DNA from: Patellaria atrata CBS 101060
Lineage: Eukaryota
Length of the DNA stretch: 64,000 bases
Reading direction: 5' to 3'
NCBI GenBank assembly: GCA_010093705.1
Contig: MU006097.1
Span: 1,092,715 to 1,156,714, forward strand
Within the stretch, counting starts at the first letter, position 1; each line of letters begins with the position of its first letter. The notes below the pieces were generated by a model. The model did not search any database. It had not been told where the DNA came from and saw nothing but the letters and a program-made list of their open reading frames with translations. A program made the position numbers and the translations under genes. Shown in pieces: positions 36,701 through 48,059 of this stretch.

Positions 36701-38701
36701 GAAATAAGGTGCTCCCGAATGCATTAGAAAAGGTGATCATTATGTTCCATGCGGCTGTGATAATACGAATGTTTAACTCATGTTGTCTAGCCTCGAGAAT
36801 GTGCTTTAGCCAAGCATCTTGCCAGCCGTACCAGCGGAGGTGACGGATTGCTTCCACAAACTGAGAAGTAACTTTAAGTTTACCATCCGTTGCTCTCCGG
36901 CGAACTACTTCCCACCGCAATAGTATCCTCACAATGAGAGCGTTGAGGACCTGGGCGACCATGACCGTAAGTATGCCGACCAAACAGGACCAGCCCAGCA
37001 ATCTCCATATCAATAACACAGAGAATATTAGACCAAGGGGTTTCGAAGTGAGCATTTGAAAGTCCCAGAATCTTCACTTTTTCTTAGAGAAGTGCCATAG
37101 CTCGTCGAAGATTTTCACGTACCTCTGTGCAATTTCATAAACATCATTCCTAAGTATCCAGTCAGTAAACGTTATTCAATTTGCTAAAGTGGCATACCTC
37201 ATCAGGTTCAATATCTTGCCCATTGAAGCGGGTTGTTTCGAATCCTCCTCAGTTTGCGAAGAAGTATGACTCGGAAGAGCTTTCTTTATTAGAGTAGAAA
37301 ATTGTTTCCACATAACCAAGGGATGAAATCGGGACCGGTCTCTTATGTTAGCAGTGTTACTACTTATTGGTCTTTCATCTGCATGATCTGGTTGTTTCAA
37401 CTTGTCCCCGATGATCTTTCGGCTCAAGGTCTTCTCGTAGAGCATCGTAATCATTTCACCACGCGATCTCTCGTATGCTCGCCTACTATACCATACTCCG
37501 AAAACTGCAGCTTGACTACTTATCAACCTCGCAATCAAAGAGAATGAAGCATATATCAAGGCTGCACGCTTCGGAACTTCTGGCCTTTCCATGGACCGAA
37601 GAAGTTGCTGCAGGGTAACCGGAACGGCAAGATCTATCTAAGTCAGCAGATGCCTACCAGCTTCTCGGTACCTTTGATGGCTTACTAGCAGCCAACTCCA
37701 CAATGGCCAAAGCTGAGATAATCAGAAGATCTATCCCATTAGCTTTGATAAGTCGCCTTACGACTGATCCCTGCAATTCTCGGAATGCATGATGGAGCCT
37801 TCTATGTTGGAATTCGTAACCCAACTTCCATACGTCTTCATCATGCAATTGTCTAAGTGCTCCGATACCAATCAAAGGTGCCATCCAGGAAACTGACATG
37901 AATTGCCATGGTGTGAGGCTATCTTCAGGACTCCGGAGCTCAAACGTTGGGGCATCAAAAGTTGCGCTAATCTCAGCTCGAGACAGAGAAGGGTGCCTTA
38001 AAGGCATATTAAGAATTACTATGACGCTGATGAGCGCTGCCATACAACTGATTAGGTTGGGTATGTCGGTTCTTCGTAACGGTAACCGATCGTGGACAAT
38101 GATAATCAGTTGAGTAACAAATATTGCAGCATGAAGAATCAATAATGAGATTGGAGCCGTTTGAGGAGGGAGGATAAGAATCAGACTGATAGACACAGCC
38201 TACCAAAAGATGAGCAATAATACATCCCATGGCTCTAAAGACTCACCCATGATGCAGCTGGATAAACCTCGAAGACCTCGAATCTTGGCCAAAAGATGTT
38301 GAGGATCTGGAGAATGAGGGCCAAAAAGGACAAGGCCAATAAGATCCGCGAAGGGAAACTGAATCGATATCTAGATTTCCGTGATCCCTCATCATGTTCT
38401 TCATTGGTTTCAGTTATAAAAGCTAGCAAGGATCGCGGTTGAGCCTTTGGAAACAAAATGCGGAGAAGTTGGATCAGAAGTAACAAGACAGCTAGAGCAG
38501 CTGGAAGCACACGAATTATCGAGAGGGCGCATGGTGTAAATGTAGCCTCCGTGGAATCCTAAGCAAATAGTCAGAGCCTAAGGATTTATTGAACGCAGGA
38601 AGGAACCCTACCCAAATCGCATGACAAGATATCCTCTCTTGTGGACGCTGTATTTGTCTAAATTTGCTAGAAAGCACATATTCCTTGATAAAGTTCTCCA
38701 T
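33763..38701 (-). CDS. ABCC/MRP-type ABC transporter (Ybt1/bile-acid-transporter-like), multi-exon
   Basis: N-terminal CHAIW|DSTEATFTPC. NBD1 has VCGKVAAGKS, LSGGQRARVALARAVYS and LLLDDPISALD. TMD2 has FYDVTPVGRLMNRLTSDI. NBD2 has IVGRTGSGKST, LSQGQRQLVGLARALL, ILDEATASID and TIAHR. Stop TGA at 33765-33763. Confidence 0.93.
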
Positions 38702-40088
38702 AGTAGATCAAAAGAGAATTTCTGTCAAGGAAATATTGATCTAGCCATTCTCTGTGGTAGGAACAAGGCACTCGACTTTGCAAAGTACTCTGAAGATGTA
38801 ACGTGCTGCTTCATTGAAAATCAGGATCAAAAGTGTCTCTGCTGACTTGGCTTAGAACTAGTGTAAGGTAAAGTACGTGTCAAGGGCAACCTAATGACAG
38901 TGGAGGATCCAGGAGTTGCTGGCGCTTTCTGCTCCTATCTACTGGTAAGGTATACTGTAAGGTAAGGTATGTGCTCGCTGTGCCTTCCTGAGCTGTTGTT
39001 GTTGTTCGAAAGCGGTGTGGCAAGCCGTGGCAGTTGTCCACATCCCTTCCATTGTCCGTTTGCATGTTAAAAGGACTAAAGACTGGTGGGCAAGCGAGCT
39101 CCGTTCGAACTCCGCAACGAACAACAAGTACGTAGTGTAACTTACACCCCGTCGAAATTGTTTGTATAGGACGTTTAACATTTGACCCCTATCAAATACA
39201 AGTTCGTCCCTTTAGTACTCATTTGTGGTTACTGTCAACTCTGTAGATAGATCAGCTGTGCGGCCACCTGCGCCGTCGAGTGGATCATGACTTAGCGGTG
39301 TAAGACTACCTAGAACACTCGTGTTGTTCTTAAGTCCGTAATGCGATGTTGAATCGATGTCTCAACGAGACTCGGAGACTTCACTTCGCAAGTAAAAAAG
39401 ATAAGTAATATGGATGGGTGCTATCGGACGCAATGCCGACGCGAACAACTTCATTCATACTTGATCGTTGCAGAACAATCGAACAAGCGTAACTATCTGT
39501 TCCCTGAAACAACCTTCCCTTGCGATATCCCAACTCAACTATAATCTGCCTTCCGACTTCTATCCCCCGATCCAAGCCCTTAGTCTAAAACCCATCATCC
39601 AATATGGAACAGAACGTAATAAGTCATCAGTCCGAGCTGACGAGATCGGATCCACCGTAGAATCGAAGTCAGAACGAAAAATTGAATCGTTCGCCATCGA
39701 CGCTCCGAAAAATCGAATTTGAAATAGAAAAGAAAAGAAAGAAAAGAAAACAATCAAGTGGAGAATTCTATCTAAATTGGGGATGTTTGCATCCCTGCAA
39801 CATGAGCGTGTTCTCATCATCAGGATAAAATCCCAAAATATCCCTTTACGCCTTTGAAGATTCGGGGTATCTCGAAGAGTAACGACAGGGTATGAAATAC
39901 AACAACGAATGACCTCCCAATGCTGTCATGACCAAAAGAAGAAAAGAAAAATAAAACATTCCTTATGTTGCGCGTACGGTATATTACAAGAAAAATACAA
40001 AGTTGATGCGACGGTTAATGACGTGTCAAAGACGGAATAATGGAATTCGTGATGGTATGTGAGGTAGACGTGCCTAGTACAACAACCT

Positions 40089-43000
40089 TTAACGGTCGAG
40101 CGTGTTGCTGCGGCTGAAGTTTCCACGCTCTTTCTTTCGCCCAGATGGTGTGCGGCTGAGAAGTTTTTGGAAGATTCCCCTGCTGGACTCTTGCCCGGAA
40201 GGACTACTTGGATTTTCCTCAAGATTAACAGGACGTTCCTTTTTGATCTTAACAAAAAGACTAGAGAACATGTATGGTGTACCAGTCGCATCGTACAGCC
40301 GAAGGTGTCGGTAACCTTCTCTAAGGCTACTCAATTTCGCCGTGTATGTCGCCAAGGGGACACTTTTATCCTCGAGATGAGGAAGACGATTCTTTTCTGA
40401 TGAGTTATAGATTGTCCAACGAACGAATATGAGGCTAGGGTTTTTGGTTTCGACACTCATAGCGATTGTCTCGTTAAACATAGGGTCGAAGCCGTTGCCC
40501 TCGGCGATGTGAGTCCGCCTACGAAGGGGAGAGTCGATTCCAGACACGTTGTCGTCTTTTGGCCAGTCATCAATACCACCCTGGCTGTAAGCGTTGGCAG
40601 AGCCTTTGTCCTCCGCGCTGTACATCTCAAACATGACGTAGGGGTTCAGGTTTGCGTCATGATTCAGATTCCGTGGCCTGGGAAGCTGCTGCACGGAGAC
40701 GATTTCCACGGAAAACTTAACCTGTGTCTTTATTTTTCTTCCGGTGATCTCCCTTAGGATGTCTTTAGCGTCTTCTGGAGGTCGAAGTTCCTTCGGTTTG
40801 AGCACATAGCCTGTTCTATCGGCACCGGCTGCAAACATGGCTTGATTGAGTTGCATAGGAATATCATATGTCTGCCAGTTCAGGGCCGACATCTGGACTC
40901 CATGGCGCCATGGCTTGAGCGGATTGAAATTGTCGGAACTCACACGGTAAAAGCCGGGATATACCCGCATCAGATGGTGTTTGTTGTGCTTCTCCAGGCA
41001 TGCAATTGCATCCTGTTCATTGCCAGCGGCCTTCTTGAAGGTTCCCTCGGAGAGAGAGAACACATGGTTAAAGGTCTTCGCCCCGGCGTCCTTGAAACTG
41101 GAAAACGTGACACCTTGGGTGTAAACCCCTAATTCTCCGAGCACTTTAGTAATTTTGCTCGGTTTTGCCTTCTTCCTCGCTTTCGGCGGATTTAGGTAGT
41201 CGCTGTCTTCGGCAGAGCTGACAGGACTGCCGACAGAACTGGCCCATTCCCGTGGCGTAGCAAAGAAGCTACCGGCCCTCTCCGGCGGACTCATGTTGTA
41301 AGGACTACCGAGGAGCGGCGAATTAGGACCCGTAGACGTGTCCATAATTATTGGACGTGAAATAGGCGAACTAAGGCTCCGTTCGCGATTACTTAATGCG
41401 CTTTCAAGTACTGGTGGATATTCTTCTTTTGCGTGACTGCCCTTGACCTTGATTAAAATCTTCCCCTTTAGTTCTTCTGGAGACGGCAGTGCAGAGGACT
41501 TTTGTTCTATCGGTTTTGTCAGCAACTTATCGCCAAAGACGTCTTTCATTATCCTGGTCATGATTGTTTGTTGCTCGGGGTTACAGTGGACTTCGAGAGA
41601 GATTATAAGTGGATAAGGAGATGCCGAGAATGCATATCTTGCGATGACTGCGATGCAGTCGGCAAATAGAACTTTCGATGTGAGACTACGCCCATGCGTT
41701 ACCAGTGGTCTGCCATCTGGACCGTCCCAGCAGTCTATCTCGATGCAACGACAGCCATTCTGTAAAGCCATTATGTAGGCTTCTGTGCTGGAGCGGTCAG
41801 CAATTTGTCGTCCAGTCAGGTAGGTATTATGAGAGCTGTTGATGAAATATTCATTGAGCGGCCGGTCAAGCTTGAAACTTCCGGATTTCGGGACTCCTTC
41901 AAGGACGGAGTTTTCATCGGATAGGAGGAATGCTTGGAACCCGGCATTATTCATGCTCAGAGGAAGCGTCTCAGAAGAATCTTGGAGCGAGGAGCCTTTT
42001 GGTCTGCATCGGAGCGCGAACTTTCTGAAAACTCCTTCCCAATAAGTTCGTCGCGCATGCACATCCACGCCTTGGCTTCGTTGGAGGAAAAAGAAGAAGG
42101 AATCCATATCCATTTCCAAATCCTTGTCATGCTTAAAGGCGTGATAGATTCGTGTGATGTCTTTCCGCTCTTTGAATTGATCGACAAAGCACTCAAATTG
42201 TGGGAAAGTGAGAAAGCCGGACCCATCTGAATCGGCATTTTCGAACCGATACTTCAACGTACGATCCGCACAATTAATCTCTAACTTCCGACAAAGTTTC
42301 CTCACCGTTGCTAAGTCAATCTTTTCTTCCTCAACGTCGAATCTGTTGTATGTGCGCTCCATTTCTGACCGCCAAAGTTTGCGAATAGCTTCTTTACTAC
42401 CTTCTGCAATTGCAACCATGATTTCAATCCTCTCACGAGAGACTTTGTTCAAATGAGTGGTCCATAATTTGAACGTCAGATCATCGGGAGCTATGAGATT
42501 CATGGTCTTGGTGGTTCGACCTTTGGATTTATCCGGATCAGTGTGCACTATAGTGAACCATCCCGACTCCATTGTAGCATCTACTCCACATTCTTCGCGA
42601 TTCACAGTTGCTTCTGAACCGACGCGAATGTCCGAGATGTCATCAATATAGATGGACTTCACCTTTCTTGAACCTTGCCAGCTGACCTTAGCAGAGTCAT
42701 AATCCAACCAGAACACCATGGGTTTTCGCTTGCGTTTTGTGACCTTGACGAGCACCATGCCTTGCTCTAAAGCTGGGGATCTCGTAGGCCCCTCTGGTAG
42801 TGAGGCAACACTGGCTTGGGGACTGTTAAATCCGCTCAGACCAACAGAATTATATCCGTAATCTGAACGGTATGGTCCAAAGGAGGAATCCTCATCCTCC
42901 TCGTCGGGATGATCAAGCTCCAAGTCTGACATATCTGCTGGAATATCTGAGGTACCTTTGCTGTCACTTCGCCTTCTAAGCATGACAGGGCCACAGCTTT

Positions 43001-43469
43001 GGTCTCTGTTGGCTTGTGAATTGGAAGATCTCCTTTGAGTGACCCGTCGCGCCCCATGAGATATCCTCCGGATCAGATTTGGGCTTTTGGTCATTGCCAT
43101 AGCCTCAGACATAGCGGTGGGTGACGAGGTGGGGGGTGATGAGGGGATGAATGCAGGTGATATGGGTGTGTCAGGTAAGATGAGATGACTTGGTAAGGAT
43201 GATCTTGGATGGACCATGGGGTGGAGACAGTCTGGAGTGTTTTGGAGAGATCTATTTGTGTCTTTAGGAAAGAGGGAATAGGTAGGAGCGTTGCGTGACG
43301 AAGGTCCGTTGACAGTAGATGCTTGATTGACCGAATGGGGAACTGAGGTAACAACATTTTGATCTTGAATAGAACGCGCAGACGTTGTTTGGCAAGGTGG
43401 TGTCATGGAGACTGCTGTTCCATTCAGCGTTGGAGAGGGATGAGACGGATTAGTAGTTGAGTTAGACAT
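40089..43469 (-). CDS. PLC1: Phosphoinositide-specific phospholipase C (PH, EF-hand, X/Y catalytic, C2 domains)
   Basis: Intronless 1126-aa ORF with RPLNEYFINSSHNTYLTGRQ, GCRCIEIDCWDG, YPLIISLEVHC, LMRVYP, SDNFNP, GVQMSALNWQTYD and GYVLKP. Confidence 0.97.
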   Translation of the reverse strand: MSNSTTNPSHPSPTLNGTAVSMTPPCQTTSARSIQDQNVVTSVPHSVNQASTVNGPSSRNAPTYSLFPKDTNRSLQNTPDCLHPMVHPRSSLPSHLILPDTPISPAFIPSSPPTSSPTAMSEAMAMTKSPNLIRRISHGARRVTQRRSSNSQANRDQSCGPVMLRRRSDSKGTSDIPADMSDLELDHPDEEDEDSSFGPYRSDYGYNSVGLSGFNSPQASVASLPEGPTRSPALEQGMVLVKVTKRKRKPMVFWLDYDSAKVSWQGSRKVKSIYIDDISDIRVGSEATVNREECGVDATMESGWFTIVHTDPDKSKGRTTKTMNLIAPDDLTFKLWTTHLNKVSRERIEIMVAIAEGSKEAIRKLWRSEMERTYNRFDVEEEKIDLATVRKLCRKLEINCADRTLKYRFENADSDGSGFLTFPQFECFVDQFKERKDITRIYHAFKHDKDLEMDMDSFFFFLQRSQGVDVHARRTYWEGVFRKFALRCRPKGSSLQDSSETLPLSMNNAGFQAFLLSDENSVLEGVPKSGSFKLDRPLNEYFINSSHNTYLTGRQIADRSSTEAYIMALQNGCRCIEIDCWDGPDGRPLVTHGRSLTSKVLFADCIAVIARYAFSASPYPLIISLEVHCNPEQQTIMTRIMKDVFGDKLLTKPIEQKSSALPSPEELKGKILIKVKGSHAKEEYPPVLESALSNRERSLSSPISRPIIMDTSTGPNSPLLGSPYNMSPPERAGSFFATPREWASSVGSPVSSAEDSDYLNPPKARKKAKPSKITKVLGELGVYTQGVTFSSFKDAGAKTFNHVFSLSEGTFKKAAGNEQDAIACLEKHNKHHLMRVYPGFYRVSSDNFNPLKPWRHGVQMSALNWQTYDIPMQLNQAMFAAGADRTGYVLKPKELRPPEDAKDILREITGRKIKTQVKFSVEIVSVQQLPRPRNLNHDANLNPYVMFEMYSAEDKGSANAYSQGGIDDWPKDDNVSGIDSPLRRRTHIAEGNGFDPMFNETIAMSVETKNPSLIFVRWTIYNSSEKNRLPHLEDKSVPLATYTAKLSSLREGYRHLRLYDATGTPYMFSSLFVKIKKERPVNLEENPSSPSGQESSRGIFQKLLSRTPSGRKKERGNFSRSNTLDR

Positions 43470-46400
43470 GTCTGGTCAATAAGTAGAAGTGGCCTTAATG
43501 CGGTATAGCGGATGAAGGCATGATCGAGAAGGCAAACAGTAGGGAAGACGTGGTGCAACAAGGCCAACTTCAATGTGAGAGAAAGACGGCGAATTAAGTG
43601 TAGATCGACCTAGTTTAATTGTCAGGCCTGTCGGACAGAAGGGCAATTGGGGGGGAGAGATGTTATGTTTACCGCATGGTAATTGTGGTAGTCAGGTCTA
43701 ATGCACGTATGGAAAGAATGCAATGTGCGCCTCAAGCGCGGCGGGATGAACACTGCAGAGACAAAAACCGAGAAACGATGCAGGCGGTCAGCTGCTGTGC
43801 TGCGGGTATCGAATCGATTATTGCTTGCAGTGCTTTGCGTTCTTACAGGGTGTTCTGCAAGAGGGTACGAATTGGTACCGTTTCAGCAGGGCTATCGACT
43901 TGTACCCTACGGCAGGAATTTGCCAATCTCTCTGAAGGTCGAACTGGTGGCTTAACAGACGCGACTGGACGGATTGATCTCTTTTGCGGTTAGCTAGTGA
44001 GTAAGAGCTAAGTAGATGGTCGTCTTGCAGAGTGTCGTCTATGTTGTGCGGGTTGCGGCGTGAATGGTGTTGGTGGAAAGGGAAGGTGGTGAAAAGGTGC
44101 AGAAGCGCAGGTGGTGGAAAATCTACAAGAAAGTTTTTAAAGGAGGGTTGGAGCTTTTTTTGATTCCTCTCTTTGGCGCTACAGTTAACCCTTAGTAGCA
44201 CTAAACGGCGAGGGGAAGAAATTGGGGAAAAGGCTCGAAAAAAATAATTAACAAGGGAGAGAGATACGTGGACGTCTGGGTACAGACGCAACTTTCTGGT
44301 CACCGTTTAGCGCAGGCCTTGCCCGTCGTGCCCGTTCGTACTTGACTGTACCAGTAGTAGCAGTTGCCTTAAACCTCCTCAAGAAACTTTCCTTGATGCT
44401 TGCACCTCAAGCCGTTGCCATCCCTGAAGATCCTCTTTACCGGGTTTTCGCATCCTCTGATCTTTTTTCCAAAATGATAATGTGTGTGATACGGCCAGTT
44501 TACCGCTGTGCCACGTTACTTTTGCCGTTCTTGGAATCTGTCTCGTCGTCTTACTTATCGTTGCGGCGGAATTTGTGTCATTCCAAGTCATCTCAATTGC
44601 CCTGACAAAGAACACCAATCTCGCATTATGACCTCAGCATCACGATTGGATCTGGTGATATCACACCCTTTCTGTTATCAAATATCGCCCTGACCTTCAC
44701 AGCTGCAGGTCATCTAAAATCCATACACCCAGCAGTACGGTGCAGTTGCTGCAGATACATAACGGCCGTCTCCTCGAGTCCGTGCCATACGGAAATAATT
44801 TACGCAATAGAGCGGATTCCACTGGCTTTTACCTTACTCCGTGCAGTACGAGTTTCCCGCCATTATGGAAATGCCCAAAAGGATGGATAAGGGTTAGCAG
44901 CTTTTAGGGGCATATGGAGCCGTTTGGGAATAGGGGGGCTAAGATTCACACACCGTTATACTGAATCAGGAACCCAGTCTCCTAGTCTGTCTAATGACGG
45001 GTGAGGAGAAGGGCAAGGCGAAGTTCATTCTGCACTGCTGTTGTCCTACTGGCTCCGTGTCTTGACCTTTAATTAGGTCCCGTACGCGGCCCCGAAACTA
45101 TCGGCACTGAAGACAGAGATCCTAAACCTTCATAAAAATCATTCCTTCGCGCTTTTCTAGAACGTCATGCTCAGTTGCTCAACCGGGTCAAGCCTTGTTC
45201 ATCTCATCTCTTCTCCAAGCGACAGAAAGAGCGGTAATGGTCTCAAATGTCTACTACCAGTCATTCCATTCTCCATCTACCTATCGCATGTAACTACTGT
45301 GACGGGTGATAAGCATGCTGTACCTTTGCACGGCAACAAGAGTTGCTTTACTCAGTCAATAAGATATTCGAACCTCGGTCTCTGATCATCAAAATTTGAG
45401 AACCTATCAAAAGCAACTGCGCAAAGCCATCAAAAGACTAGGGAAGAGATGGTTTGAATTGTTGGATGCAACTTGTCCCTACCTTGGAAGATACTTCTAG
45501 CTGCTTTTCAACCATCAGACCACTTTATAGACTAGCTTTACGTCAAATCGTTCCGGGACAGCCGTGAAGATAGCTTTAGATAACCGCTAGAAGCAAGTTT
45601 CATGGCAATAACGAAATTCAGCCCTGTGGCTTTAGCAGAAATTCAACAGCACGACATGTCCTAAACAAATACGTGTTACTCTGTCCTACGGTACCTCCGG
45701 CTAGGTAGGCAAAATACACAATTCAGAAGAAAGTAGGAGGCCGACATGGTAGCGAGCGCTATCAGCAGCAGCATCCGAGATACCCACCTTTCGCGGTAAG
45801 CTCCCTTTTCCGTAGCTTTTAATGGGGAAAATTGACATAGATTACGATACAATACCGAGTATCCGTACCGTAATCTGACACCTCCACAACTGGGGCACAT
45901 GGGCCAAGGGGAAACTGCACGTGGGCTGAGGCAAGCGAGCCGGGGTTGTGTCAAAACGCCTTCGTCATGGCTTTTCTCTTTGTTTGAAACGATGAAACGG
46001 CCCCGGCAGTGTGGTTAGATGGCACACTCTAAGAAACCAAGACTTGATGATCGACAGGGATCATGGCAGGCTCAGCAGCTTTCAGACCTTCTGGGTGTGC
46101 TGAGAAGCCTGAGATCACACACACCTCACTTTCTAGTTCCTTACCCCACCGCATCCCACGCCAATACCTGCCCTCGGCCTCAAGACGATAGGACCTTGAG
46201 CCGGAATCGTGAGATCCAGTAAGCAACCGAGAAGAGATACTTCGAGTGACACGAACGGACGGCACGTACTGTACCTGTCACTCTCTTTGCTGTGCCTCTT
46301 TTCCGGCGAGTCCTGTTGGATGATGAGGATTCGATGCTACATACCTCCTCCTGACGGGAGTCCTGTACTTGCAACTATAATTGGCTATTTTCATTCTTAA

Positions 46401-47940
46401 GAGTCCGGTCCTTGAAGCGTTAGGTTACTCGTACTTGTAGTCAAACTACCTCAGCCGCTCTGGGACATCGGAAATTATTTTGTGCGGACAGCAAGCGAGG
46501 GAAGATAGGTACATAAAAGTACCCCTTTTGCGATGGGACAAAGAATTCTCGGGATACGTAGTTCAGCACCCGTCCTACCCGGCTTTGCCAGTTTTTCCAA
46601 GCTCTTCTGTGTGCTGCAACGCATTCATTTCCAAGCTACCGTCTAATTCTCTATCTTGAGATCGGAGCAGACCGTCTATATGCAGATGCCGATCATGTGG
46701 TGCGATTGCATTCGTATCTAATTTCGCGATGCAATGATGTGTCGACTCATGCTTGTTCCCAGCACTCTCGCGCATAACTCACGACATGAGGCTTTCCAAA
46801 CCCCCTTGTTTCCAGAAGGTTTGGAAGAGAGGAAAATCATTGCGGAAAACGAATCAAGATAAAACCCCTGATTGTGTCAGCATCTCTGCGAATGAAAAGG
46901 ACAGCACCCCACACAATCTCACGTACAAGTACAGTAGAATGAATATAGGCACTTATGCGCATGTATTGTAAGTCGTCTTGCCGCAGGTCCAGATGCGACA
47001 ACTGGGCGAAGAAAATGAGAGAAAGATGATCAGCTGACGACAAGCGGTGAGACGTGGGGATTAGTATGGGACATGGTGTGCCTAAGGCTATCCAATAAGC
47101 GCAACGGATATTGACGATACAATCGATAACGCTTGACGACTTTCGGTTCAAGGTCGCTATGGAGGTTGTAATCAAATTCAAAGTAACGGCGAGATACGAA
47201 CAGGTCGACAAGTCAAAAAATCGCGGAGTATTATTCTTTTCTGCAGCGGTGATATTATTATTCTCGTGCCGCGATATAATTGACCCCGTCTTGCCGCATC
47301 ATATTCCTTATTGGATGCCCTCTTTTCAATTGAACTTAACTGTGGGGAGTAGGTATGCATAATCTTTGCGAGGAACTACCTTCTCCAGACGCAGATTTGA
47401 GATTTCACAGAAGCAGGTCGAGCCTGATGTTTCCGAGCCGCTGCAGCACAGATACCGTACAGTACATACCAATACCTCATCTCAACATCCCCCCTGGCCC
47501 AAAACGGATACATTTATTTTTGATACTGCACAGCATTTGAACCATCTCGATGATCTAGCCCTCGCAGAAGCGGCCTTCGTGAGAGCCGTTATAGGATTAC
47601 AGTAAAAGTCAAAATTCGACAGGCACGACAGGATGCGGGTGCTCGTAAAAAAGGGAAGCGACGAAGCGTAGAGAGCCGGTTGGCACCTGGGGACCCTCTT
47701 TGTGTCACTGTTACACGAAGTAACTGCCTCGAAGCTACCATGCTGGGCGAGATTGTGATGGATTGAGATGGATTGGGGGATTTTTCATCAGCCTGACCTG
47801 CCGATTGTGCCTGCCAATTATGATTATGCCATAGGCCCAAGAGGTCGATAGCCCAAAATGGACGTCACGATAGAACTTCTAGTTCGCTTTATTGCGAACC
47901 TGCTGGATTTGCTGGGAAACCTCTCAGCACCTTATCTAAC

Positions 47941-48059
47941 ACAACGAACAACGAACAACCCACAACCCACTACCCACAACCCACAACCCACAACCCACAA
48001 CCCACAACCCACAACCCACAACCCACAACCCACAACCCACAACCCACAAACCACAACCA
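47941..48059 (+). repeat. (ACAACCC)n heptanucleotide tandem repeat, 17 units including degenerate flanks
   Basis: 13 units ending in CCC at 47955-48045, flanked by ACAACGA x2 and ACAAACC/ACAACCA. Confidence 0.97.
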
